From: Octopus vulgaris
Lineage: Eukaryota
Direction: 5' to 3'
NCBI GenBank assembly: GCA_951406725.2
Contig: OX597818.1
Span: 122,016,001-122,080,000, forward strand
DNA: 64,000 bases
Shown here: in pieces, positions 27,415-40,425 of the stretch
Layout of the letters: each line of letters opens with the position of its first letter
How positions within the stretch are numbered: the stretch's first letter is position 1
Translations under genes and position numbers: made by a program
Notes under the pieces: generated by a model
What the model saw: only the letters and a program-made list of their open reading frames with translations
What the model was told of the DNA's origin: nothing
The model's database searches: none

Positions 27415-27758
27415 GAGGCGCAATGGCCCAGTGGTTAGGGCAGCGGACTCGCGGTCGTAGGATCGCGGTTTCGATTCCCAGACAGGGCGTTGTGAGGCTC
27501 CGGCAGGGGATGGTGGTGATCCCTGCTGTACTCTTTCGCCACAACTTTCTCTCACTTACTTCCTGTTTCTGTTGTACCTGTATTTCAAAGGGCCGGCCTT
27601 GTCCACTCTCTGTGTCACGCTGAATATCCCCGAGAACTACGTTAAGGGTACACGTGTCTGTGGAGTGCTCAGCCACTTACACGTTAATTTCACGAGCAGG
27701 CTGTTCCGTTGATCGGATCAACCGGAAACCTCGTCGTCGTAACCGACGGAGTGCTTCC
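27414..27758 (+). mobile_element. SINE family A with ~35-bp internal deletion
   Basis: Near-identical to 4454-4835 but lacks tgtttattgagcgaaaacacctaaagctccacgag, deleted between GAG microhomologies. Confidence 0.93.
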
Positions 27759-28279
27759 TCATATATATATATATATATATATATGAATGCAAGTTTAGAC
27801 TTCATTGCATTCAACATATCGTTAGCAGTGGTGTACCGTTTGTGGGCCTCTAACAGAGTCCACTCGGTTGCAATTATTCAGTTTAAGTCTCGCGTCAGAA
27901 ATGATTTTTAACCCGTGCATTCTGCCAGTTTTTATGTAGGCCATCGGTTCTGCTCTACGGATGCTAATCCATGCGGACGAAAACGCATTTTATTTACATA
28001 TATACACTTTTGTTTATGATTTACATATCATTGCTTTTTATTATAGCACTCTTTTTCCTTGCTCTCCATCCTTAATTACATTCAGAATGTTAATTCGTTC
28101 ATTTAGTCAACCATTTTCTATTCCATTTACATTCATTTAATGACGTTCATTTCGGTTCAAAGAGTACATAACATGTTATTAGAATCGCAAGCAGTTACTA
28201 TTTAATAACAACAACAACAATAATAATCATAATAACAACAACAACAATGATAATAATGATGATGATAATAATAATAATG

Positions 28280-28340
<61 letters not shown>

Positions 28341-28351
28341 TGATAATGATG

Positions 28352-28511
28352 ATCCTTAATTTTTGGTACAAAGACAGCAGGTTTGAGGAGAGGTTAGTCG
28401 ATTACGTCATCAATCCAGTGCTTGACCAGTTCATATTTTATCGCTTTGAAAGGATGAAAGAGTCGATCTCGACGGTTTTAAGTCTCGGAGTGAAAAGTCG
28501 GAAGAAATGCC

Positions 28512-28512
<1 letters not shown>
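28352..28512 (-). mobile_element. SINE C remnant
   Basis: tttggtacaaag..agtcgattacgtc..gaaaggatgaaag next to (AAT)n. Confidence 0.7.
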
Positions 28513-28553
<41 letters not shown>

Positions 28554-28601
28554 AATATATACACACATAAATTGTATCTATCTCTCTATCTTTCTGTGTG
28601 C

Positions 28602-28637
<36 letters not shown>

Positions 28638-28686
28638 CACACATACGCGCGCACACACACATATACATATGTGTATATGTGCATAT

Positions 28687-30343
28687 TCCATACTATTATA
28701 TAAAAGTCAATTTTCCTTATGTGATGTGTGTTCGTGTGTTACTTACAGATTCGAAAACTACTGCACAGACCATAATGAAATTTGGAATACAAAATCCAAG
28801 CCAAGGGCGAAGAGTAATGCTGTATGTTTCATACAAGTTCATGGACCAAAATTACTGAGTGGATCCCTCTGATATTTGGAACTTAGATTCAATGCAGAAG
28901 GGCGGGTATAATGCATTATGTTTGGTCTGAATTTGAGGTGGCTTAATTTCATAAATTTCCGATGTTAATAGTTAATTGACATACATGAAGAAGTATTCCC
29001 AATGTTTCCCCTTCTCATGAGGATTCTAAGACCCCCTAATGGGAGCCTTAACTCCCAAATTTTAGTCATTTTTTTATGATCCAAAACTGCCTCAAAATTC
29101 CTGAATGGATATTTAGGAAATTTGGAAATTATGTTCTTTGCATAAGGACAGATATAATGCAGTATATGTTTGAAAGTAAGGGTGCATCAATGTGGCCATA
29201 ACCCCCATGAAAATTCATATATTTCTGCTGTTGATGAAATTTTAACCACAGACTCAAATGAAGTAATATTTCTAAAATTTCAACTTCTTAGAAGTCAGTT
29301 ACACCCCTGAATATGGGCTTAACTCCCACAGCTTAGTCATTTTCCCCAAACCAAGACAGATAGAATTGTACTCTTGGAAGCTGTAGGGTTACCCAAGCAT
29401 AAAAGATGAGCGTTATTTGTAATTCAATGGTACAACAGTGTAAGAGTTTGCTTTGATGTATACTTAGTGATTTCTGCAATGTGGTGCAGAAATTGTCAAG
29501 TAAAGGAGAGGCATTTTTACCTCCACTGATTCAGGTGCAAAGTGTCGTATAAAGTTATTTGGTTGCAGACTTCCTTTGAGTCTTTTTATCCTCACTGGGT
29601 CAGAGATAGTCCCCAGATGGTAACATTGATTTCAAGGCCTTCCCAGATAAGTGACTGGTTATTCAAAGAGATTTATCGATTGCAAATTTATTCTGTCCAG
29701 TTACCTATCGGCATAGTGATCATTGGCAAACTCCATTTCCCCACGCTCTTCCAATTGCTTTAGATCCGTAATGCATCTTACGGTTGTGCCCGTCACCTGT
29801 ATGGTGAGGAATCCTACGTTGGGGAGTGGCAACGACTAGGATAGGGTAGCTGACTGCTTATTGTGATCATTCGTTTTTTGGTTTCCTCTAGTTTTGCTCT
29901 CTTTTACAAACCCAGTTCACATACATATATTTCCGATTTCAAAGAAATATGAACAATAGCTATAAAACCCAAGTTAAAAGGATTCCCAACAATTCAACTT
30001 CTCTGGTGGACTTTAAGACACTCTTCTCCCCAATAGGGAACTTAACTCCCACATTTTAGAGCTCTATGAGCTCCATTTTTCAGGAGCAAAACCTTTGAAT
30101 AGGTTCCATAAGATTTGGATTTTGGAATCTGGGCATAAAGATGAGTAGTATGGGATAAATGTGTCATGATTAGAATTTTTTTTTAGGGTGTGTAAAGAGA
30201 GAAAGAACCCTCATTAAAATTCTTCATCCGCAATTTTGATGAAATTCATCATAGGTATTCCAGTTCATTAGAGAAAAAAAATTTTGAAAAAGTCTAATTA
30301 TTCAATTTCACGTTACAAGGGCAACGCCGAGTATCTCTGCTAG
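28687..30343 (+). mobile_element. Non-autonomous Helitron (~1.65 kb)
   Basis: 5' TCCATACTATTATATAAAAG; 3' GGGCAACGCCGAGTATCTCTGCTAG followed by T; internal degenerate repeats (cttaactccca x3). Confidence 0.75.
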
Positions 30344-30410
30344 TTTCATATATATGTATGTGTGTGTGCATGTATACTTATATGTATATATATATGTAAA
30401 TATATATACT

Positions 30411-30441
<31 letters not shown>

Positions 30442-30577
30442 ATGAATGCGTATGTGTGTTTGTGTATGTCCGTTTTTATGCCTCGGTTGAACAAAGTAAA
30501 TGTCTTGCGATGTTCCTCTTTGTCTAAAAACCACGTGCGCGCACTCACACGCATCAAATCATCCTTCCCCTCTATAT

Positions 30578-30633
<56 letters not shown>

Positions 30634-32269
30634 AGTCTTCCACGAATGTTCGAATAGCTTGCTTTTACCATTTAGTCACTTAACAATATGGGTGGGTATC
30701 TGTTAAAGTAACATTTCGTGTAATAAATGCCATAACAATTCTATGTTATCTAGGAGTGTTTCGCCTGCAATCAGGTCTCCTATTCTGTAGCTTGATTACA
30801 CACACACACACTCACAAACACACACTCGTGCGTGCACCCACCCCCGAGTCACATACATGCAATACACACACATTCGTATGCGCGCATTCGCTATTTGACG
30901 TTCGCTCATTCAAAGACACAGCTGTCTCACACTCCTCTCTTCTCTATCAATCCATCTATTTAGCTTTCCATTCGATTCGCTTTGTATTCAGGTGATGCGT
31001 AAATTAATGAGCTTATCTGTATTCTGCAAGACTCAAAACTAAAAGATGTTTTCATGAAATTTCTCTGCAGCGAAGAATTATAAGTAGCTTCCATTTCGAT
31101 TTTATATTCCCTGAAACATGTCGAGTTTCGGAAATATCCAACTCGAAAGAAACACTTCGCACTTCAATACAACCAAGCTGCTTCTAAATCATTCTACCAC
31201 TCTTATAACATTGTTCCAGTGTCTTTACCATGAATTCCTGTCTTCTTAAGTATGAGAACTCAATGGTGAAATTTCGGAAATAGCATGTCCATCTTAGTTT
31301 CTTACAAAAGATAGAGAAGTGAAATATTTTCGACAAAATATGAAATGTTTTGTCTTGTTCTTTATTTCTTCATAGTAATATTCTGTTTTGCTTAGAGATT
31401 TTCTTCTTTATTTTTTCTTTATTATTTCTTTATTTCCTTCTAAACTGAAATATTGGAATTTTGGCAAAATTTATTTCAAATTTAGGAGAGTTTAAAATTT
31501 TGTTGCAATTGAAGTACTTTTTGTTTCCTAATTAGAAATAAAATCGAAAATACCTTCGTGTCTCCTAAGAACACATTATAATCACGAAAAGAAACGCACA
31601 TAATTAAATAGTTAGAGAATAGCCTACAAAAATTTAATCATATTTAAATTCACAGTATTTATAATTAACGCACCCCCGTTCCTAGATGCTATATAATTTT
31701 CAATGTTTATTGATCCTATCCAACGTCTACAACGAAATGGTTGGGTAAACAAGACACAGCGTAGTCCAGGTGGACCACCAGTGATTTGATGGGCTACAGA
31801 TTTGGCGAGTTTCACATTCGCTGTCCCCCCTGTTAAATAATACAGTAAAGAGTATATTTATATTTAGTTAGCCATGAAATATTCTTTACAGATTTTGGAG
31901 GTAATCTTCTGAAAAAGGTGTGAGTTGCCACGGACTCATGTGAGGAAGATTTTTACAGAAGAATGTGATCCATCAGTTTCACGCGCCCCTGCTTCTCCTC
32001 ATTCTCTTTCTTCTCTTCTCTCTTCTTCATCTCATACTCCTTTCTTTCTTTCTTTTTTTTCCTTACTTCCTTTCTTTCTTTCTTTCTTTCTTCTTTCAAT
32101 CTTTCAATCTTTCTTTCTTTTTTTCTTTCTTTCTTTCTTTCTTTCTTTAATTCTTTCTTTCTTTCTTTTTTCTTTCAATCTTTCTTTTCTTTCTTTCTTT
32201 CGTTCCTTCTCTCTCTTTTTTCTTCTCTCTCTCTCTCTCTCTCTCTCTTTCTGTATCTCTCCCTTTCTG

Positions 32270-32301
<32 letters not shown>

Positions 32302-32934
32302 CATGTACTGACCGCATCCAGATTTGCTATAAAACGCCCTATCATTTATTAATATTGTTTAGCTTCTTCTTCTTCTTCTTCTTCTTCTTCTTCTTCTTCT
32401 TCTTCTTCTTCTTCTTCTTCTTCTTCTTCTTCTTCTTCTTCTTCTTCTTCTTCTTCTTCTCCTTCTCTTTCTTCTTCTGTGTTGTGAAAAAAATATCTCC
32501 ACGGGAGCCTACATTCTCCAGGTTGGTTACGCAAAAACCATTCATTCGTGATCGCATATCAACTATCTACAAACTGCAGTCTATTAAAGCTAGCAATAAC
32601 ATACTGTAGCTCTATCTTTTTAACATCTACGAACTATGGCGCAACGAGTCAATCTCTTAAAATCAGTGTGCTATATAATACAAAGTCTTGCTTGTTATAT
32701 ATATATTTTTTCTCTATTTAGTTAATATGATTTATTACAAACTACCTACACCCAATCAACAGATCTTATCTCCGAAATCAACACCCATTCAGCTTGTGCT
32801 ATCAAACCCAAAATCAACAGACTCAGATATATCTAGTCAAAATCTATAGCTTGCAAAATTACTCGTCAATATTTACTACAGACTTCATGTCGATCTGATA
32901 AAGTTGAAATGTACAGGCTGCTGATTACTACGAC

Positions 32935-32988
<54 letters not shown>

Positions 32989-33356
32989 TTTATATTGATA
33001 TCTAACATATATATTGTATGTTTTTTATACATATGATAATTACAAACAATACGTCGGTTTGTAATGTTTTTGGTAGTTATTAAAGTCTGCGAAGTATTAA
33101 CTTAATATATGTTGGTTAGATTTTTTCTTTATTTCCTCGGAAATTAAATTATTGGAATTTTAGCGAAATTAATTTTGAATTTGGTGGGCTTCAAATTTTG
33201 TTAATGTCTATTGAAATATTTTAGTCTCCAGATTACAACAAAATTCAAAGACATCTTCGTGTCTCAGTAGAAAACTTTTTTCAACGCGAACAGAGAAAAA
33301 TACAACCCCCGCCCCAAAAAACAATAAGCGATAATTGTGAGAATATATGTTGTATA

Positions 33357-33390
<34 letters not shown>

Positions 33391-33472
33391 GTGTGTACCT
33401 ATATATACACACATATATACATATATATATATATATGTATATATGTGTGTATATATATGCACATATATATAT

Positions 33473-33523
<51 letters not shown>

Positions 33524-33618
33524 GTGTGTGTGTGTGTATGTATATATATATATGTGTGTGCATATATATACACACATATATATATATAAATACAAATATA
33601 TATGTATATATATAAACG

Positions 33619-33649
<31 letters not shown>

Positions 33650-33668
33650 ATATATATACACACACACA

Positions 33669-33731
<63 letters not shown>

Positions 33732-34276
33732 TTATATATACATATATATTTGTATTTATATATATATATATGTGTGTATGCGCACGCGTACAAGTATATA
33801 CACATACGTGTACATATGCGAATATGTGTCTTTGTATGTATTACCTAACAGTGTATGTATATGTATGTGTCTGTATGTATCTATCCCTTACATGTACTAC
33901 TTGGTCAGTGTGGATATGACGAGATGTGGAGGAAGAGTACAATCTACAATTCTGACTGAATACAATAAACTAATTTCTCCTGCGCTCACTCTCTGCCACT
34001 ATTTATTTTGTTTTTCTCCCTTCTTCCTCCTTTTTCTCTCTCTCTGTTCCTACATATATGTGTGTGTACAAACGTAAGCACATACACACATATGCATACA
34101 GAGAAACATATGCACACACACACACGCACACACGCACACACACACGTTTGGACTCTCAGCCTCAGTCATGGGTCTCTCCATCAGTAGATTCTCCAGTGGT
34201 ATTTTGTATTTTAGTACTAAATTTAAAATAATAGCCTAACTTAGCATTTATATTCAAACACACATACATACATACA

Positions 34277-34310
<34 letters not shown>

Positions 34311-34463
34311 CATAATGCATACATACATACATACATGCATACATACATGCATAAATACATACATACATACATATATACATACATACAATCATACATACAT
34401 ACATGCATACATAAATACATACATACACACATACATACATACATACATGCATACATACATACA

Positions 34464-34497
<34 letters not shown>

Positions 34498-35225
34498 CAT
34501 AATACATACATTCATACATACATACATGCATACATAAATACATACATACATACATATATACATAATGCATACATACATACATACATGCATGCATGCATAC
34601 ATAAATACATACATACATACATAAATACATACATACATACATATATACATAGAATCATACATACATACATGCATACATAAATACATACATACATACATAC
34701 ATGCATACATACATACATACATACATACATACATACATACATACATACATGCGGACATAAACATATAAATATTTGTGAGTGTTTGTGTGTATGCATGTGT
34801 GAAATATTGTATGCATTCTTTCTTCATACATTCTGGTAGATTCGAACGTGAATATCTATCTAATCGCTGTTCCCATCCGCTGTCGGGAACCATGACTTTT
34901 AAAGCGTTCTGTGTTTATAACATATGAGATTCACCGATGAAGGGGTACTTCGAGATAGTGCGATATACAGGTATATATTCAAGACGCAATCGATATTATC
35001 ATTTCAAAACGATTACGATAAATATAGACGTAAGTGTTATTTAAAGTAAACAACACGTTTGCACAGAAATACACAAACATAGATAGATACACACACGTGC
35101 CTTCTCTCTCTCACCCGCACACATACATACACATAGTAGCAAAAAGGGAGAAAGAGAATTTCGATTATCTCTACGTGATGATTTGTAATTCAATATATAT
35201 ATATATATTTATATATATATATATA

Positions 35226-35657
35226 AAGAAGGAAAATGCAGTTTACATAGTTTTAATATATCTTTAAATATATTTTATAAGTGAAAGTTTTGCTTGTCAA
35301 CCGGTTTCGCTCTCGATTTCGCTAATCATGACATTGACTTTATCGTATCTCCTTAACCTCTCTAAGGGGAGGTAATTGGTGATTGTTATTACTGGGGGCA
35401 GGGGAAGTAATTGTCCCCAATAATAACGATCACCAATTGCCTCCCCTTAGGTCTTTTTTTTACGTATTGCATCATTCAGTCACAAACTTCTCCACACACA
35501 ACGTAGACTAAGATCTTCTTAAAAAGATACGAGATGACATTAATTTCAATGTCACGATTAGCGAAAGCGAAACCAGTTGACAAACAAAACGCTTTCACTG
35601 GTAAGATATATTAAAAAATATATTAAAACTATGTAAATTGTGTGCATTTTCCTTCTT
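35226..35657. mobile_element. Nested foldback element in (TA)n with hammerhead-like motifs in both arms
   Basis: Outer arms 35226-~35350 and ~35525-35657 are inverted repeats; inner hairpin 35362-35450; an extra terminal copy at 35772-35815. Confidence 0.88.
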
Positions 35658-35685
35658 ATATATACACACACACGCACACACAGAG

Positions 35686-35732
<47 letters not shown>

Positions 35733-35811
35733 TACAATTATATATATATATATGGTGGTTTTCTACTCCTCAAAATATATTAAAACTATTTAAATTGTGT
35801 GCATTTTCCTT

Positions 35812-35890
<79 letters not shown>

Positions 35891-35952
35891 TCCTTGCTTA
35901 TTATTTCTCCACGTGCGGTCAACACAACCCCACCATTTATTGATCTCTCTCT

Positions 35953-36026
<74 letters not shown>

Positions 36027-36489
36027 CATATACATACATATATACAATTATGTATATGTCTGGTGGTTGTCTACTCCTTATGCAGAGTTTGAACACCTCT
36101 TGTACCTGCACCTTAGAATCATCATAACATCTGGTGTGGTTTTTTAAACCAGATAATTATTTGAAAAGGCACCCACATAGATTGCATATACGATTTGGAC
36201 CAAGAGCTGCAGACAAATTCTGCTTTTAATGGATCTTAAAATGTCTTTGAAGGCCCCCGTCTGGTATATTGATGCGAGAAAGGAAAAATAGAACTCAAAA
36301 TACGAGTATATGTATATTTTTATTAGTACTTAGCAGAAGTAACAGCGGGACTCAAGGTCCGAGAATTTCGTGCGTTGGCACTTATCAAACAAGTCAGAGG
36401 TGGAAGGCTTGTGGGTTTACATAGTTGTTGATATATTGACTTCTGGATTGTTGTGTAGTAGAGTGCATGTGTGTGTCTGTGTGTGTGAG

Positions 36490-36542
<53 letters not shown>

Positions 36543-36578
36543 TCATATATATATACATACATACATGCATACATACGT

Positions 36579-36609
<31 letters not shown>

Positions 36610-36869
36610 GAGATAGATAGATATATGTATATATACGTGTGTGTGTGTGTTTATGCATGACTGTGAGCATGTATAAACGTGTTTGTCAAGCTTAAACGTT
36701 TGTCTCACTTCTGCATATTCATTCAGTGTGGTACAATGTGAAAAGGAAAGTTTTGCTCACGGATGCAACCTACTGACCAGCCAAAGAATTCGAACCCATG
36801 GCTTTGCGATCATGAATCCAATTCTCGAAACATTAGACCATACCTATTCACATACACAAACACACACAT

Positions 36870-36909
<40 letters not shown>

Positions 36910-36954
36910 ACACACACACAGATACACACACACAGAGGCACACACATACACGCA

Positions 36955-37091
36955 CAGGGTTGCTAGTCTCCGGCGTGTACAAGCTAACGGTGGTGGAAAT
37001 TTCTATGTCTTTGTCACGCCCTCCTTGGCGCCCCCTAGCACATGGCACCCTGGGCGACTGCCCGAGTTGCCGGTACTTTGAGTCGGCACTG
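36955..37091. mobile_element. Terminal remnant of a GC-rich non-autonomous DNA transposon
   Basis: ggcgccccctagc..ggcaccctgggcgactgccc..gagtcggcactg; the end reads CAGTGCCGAC on the minus strand, like CAGGGCCGGC-type TIRs. Confidence 0.45.
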
Positions 37092-37835
37092 TACATACAC
37101 ATCTATACATATACGCACGTGTTAATATATATATATATATATATAAATATATATATATATATTTACAATTTAATCACGCACATACACATACGTACTCATA
37201 CTTATATGAACAACCATACATTTTAATGTATTTTCGTGCCTCAAGACAAATGCTGATGTCAAATTAATAAAAAAACATACTATAGCAGGTAATTAAGAGG
37301 TAACGGTGTTCATGGAGAGGAAAGGTACATAGCTGCTTTTAGATGTGTCGTGAAACTGAGAACATCTCTGAGAATGTCTTTGTTTTGATTAAGAAAGAAA
37401 GTAAGAAGAATCGTAATGAGACAAATCAATCTACAATGTGATTTGTTTTCTAAATTGATGGGAACAGATTAGAAGAAAAACAGTTATGTTTCTTCGTTTA
37501 CTTAATTTATAGTTCTCAGAATTTTATATAGAAGAGTTTTTTTAAGTATATTGAGCATCTCACGCTCTCGTCTACCTCTCTGCTCTCTCTCTCCCCCTCT
37601 CTCCCTCTCATGGATTGCTCCAGTTTGGTTTTAACCGTGATGCTAATGTGAATTGAAGAATTAAAGCTTGCACTAACATGCATATAAACATGCATAACAT
37701 ATATGTAGATCTAAAAGTATGCATGTGAATACACATACACACACACACACACACTCATATATATATATATATAGGCGTAAGTACATGTATATATACATGT
37801 ATATACATATGTGTATATATATATGGGTGGGTGCG

Positions 37836-37873
<38 letters not shown>

Positions 37874-38044
37874 ATCACACCCACCCATATAACACACACA
37901 CACATATATTTATATATATGCGCGTGTGTGTGTTTATTCTTCAATTCTTAAATTTGCATTAGCGATGACAACTAAAACTGTATGGAAGTATGTTTGTACG
38001 TATGTATACACACATGTATATATATATATATATGCATGTGTGTG

Positions 38045-38141
<97 letters not shown>

Positions 38142-38205
38142 CATGTGTGTGTCTGTGTGTATATATATGTATGTATATATGTACTTATATATGTATACAT
38201 ATATG

Positions 38206-38241
<36 letters not shown>

Positions 38242-38261
38242 CAAATATATGTATATATATG

Positions 38262-38319
<58 letters not shown>

Positions 38320-39624
38320 AACACATACATTTATACATTGAGAGGTGAAAGTTTTTATGCCTTCACACATATACAATCCTACAGAGAGACTCCACAAAAT
38401 CCACATGCACTGACACAAACAAATATATGTATGCACGTGTATATATACATGTAAATATGTCTGTATGTCTGTATATGTATTGTCTGCATGTGTACACACG
38501 CACACACACATTATTTAAATACATCGAACCTCATACTATGCATTTTAAGCAATTTGCTTCTATTATGTGTCATAAAATCGCTGATTCCGCTGTTTTGGCT
38601 TTCAATGTTGGACAGTTACCATCAAAAGGTTTTTTTTTCCTTTTCTTTGAATTCGAAATTATGTTAGAATCAAACAGGTAAAAGCTACAGTCTAAGAGCT
38701 TTTAAAGTAAATCTAGCAAACATTGAACTTTAAGATTTCACTGTAATGAAAAGTCTATTTAGAAAACGATATTTTCCATTTTGTAAACTTTGTAAGCTGA
38801 ATGAATGTGATTATACAAAATGTACACGAAGTTATATAGTTACATGGCTAAGAATCCAGTTAAGTAGATAAAAGGTAAGAATTTCGATTTCCTGTTGAAA
38901 ACGTGATGTTGTATCTTTGTATGAAGTTTTCAAATCATTGCAGAGAAGTATTTTCCGATTATACAGATTAGAGCCTCCGTTGGTCAGTGTTGACTATTCA
39001 AAGGCTTGTCTATGTGCAGACCTAGGCAAGTGGCTTTTGTGGAAGACTGACATATGCTCATGCTCTGATCTCTTTTTACTCTACAACCGTCATACTGCTT
39101 GTTTAAAGAAAGGTTGCTCTTTTAGAAACGGCATAGCTTGACGCTAGTGTCCCACCACAAGCATTGCTACCAGAATGCAAAGGACCAGATAGATACCACA
39201 AGTTCACCGCTCTTGGTCGATACATTTTTATCGGCAACAATATCTTTAAAAACAACAAACAAAAATCGTAACCTCGGTAGGAGTTGAACTCAGAATGCAG
39301 GTACTAGAATCAAACACTGTTAGCCCTTCGGTTGAACACTCTAACGTCTCAGCCAATTAATAACATTTTAACCAAATTATTATCATCAAATAAAACCCTC
39401 AGTCAGTATTGTCACTCAACATGGAATATATATTTACCTCGAAGGCATTCAGTGAATTAATAGGAAATGCAAGGGTGAGGTCAAAATTTCAAAAACACGT
39501 TTAGCATAACTGTACCATAGGCGTAGGTGTGGCTGTAGCGTAAGAAGTTTGCTCCCCGGCCGCATAGTTCTGGGTTGTGTCCCACTGCGTGGAACCTTAA
39601 GCAGGTGTCTTCTACTATAGCCTC

Positions 39625-39871
39625 TTGTGAAAGGTAGGAGAGTCCAGTTTGCTGGACATTGTTGTAGAGCTGAAAACGAGGCAATTTCTACTCTTCTCCT
39701 CTGGAAGCCATCTACTCGCATTACCAGAGGGCGCACACTCTCCTACCCTGATGTAATCTCCAGGGATGCAGGCATCCAGTAACAGGACCTCCGTAATGCC
39801 ATGATGGACCGTGAAGTCTGGCGTAGCATGGTAAATTCCATTGTCTCGACCACGGTCGAACAACGATGATG
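39625..39871 (+). mobile_element. 5'-truncated RTE-type LINE 3' end with 8-bp TSD
   Basis: Translates VKGRRVQFAGHCCRAENEAISTLLLWKP..RGRTLSYPDVISRDAG..MMDREVWR; short (GAT)n tail; TSD ATAGCCTC at 39617-39624 and 39872-39879. Confidence 0.88.
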
Positions 39872-39964
39872 ATAGCCTCGAGCCAGCCAAAGACTTTCTA
39901 ATGGACATGGAAGTTGGAAACTGAAAGGAGTCTGTTTTATATATGTATGTATGTATGCATGTAT

Positions 39965-40050
<86 letters not shown>

Positions 40051-40107
40051 ATATATATATGTATATATATATATCTGTATATGTATGTTTGTGTTTATAT
40101 ATCCTTA

Positions 40108-40425
40108 GACTCCGCCGGTTACGACGACGAGGGTCCCAGCTGATACGATCAACGGAACAGCTTGCTCGTGAAATTAACGTGCAAATGGCTGAGCATTCCA
40201 CAGACACGTGTACCCTTAACGTAGTTCTCGGGTATAATCAGCTTGACACAGAGAGTGACAAGGCTGACCCTTTGAAATACAAGTACAACTCATTTTTGCC
40301 AGCTGAGTGGACTGGAGCAACGTGAATAAAGTGTCTTGCTCAAGGACACAACGCGTCGCCGGGAATCGAACTCACAACCTTACGATCATGAGCCGAATGC
40401 CCTAACCACTAAGCCACGCGCCCTC
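40108..40425 (-). mobile_element. Chimeric SINE: G-type tRNA head plus family A 3' body
   Basis: Minus strand: GAGGGCGCGTGGCTTAGTGGTTAGGGC..GAGTTCGATTCCC..GTGTCCTTGAGCAAGACAC, then TGTATTTCAAAGGG..CCCGAGAACTACGTTAAGGGTACACGTG as in family A. Confidence 0.9.

Noticed and set aside
31892-31919. Possible plus-strand 28-nt exon (tttacag|...|gtgagt)
   Set aside because: Not frame-preserving, short pyrimidine tract, opposite strand to the other exon candidates, and such motifs are common by chance
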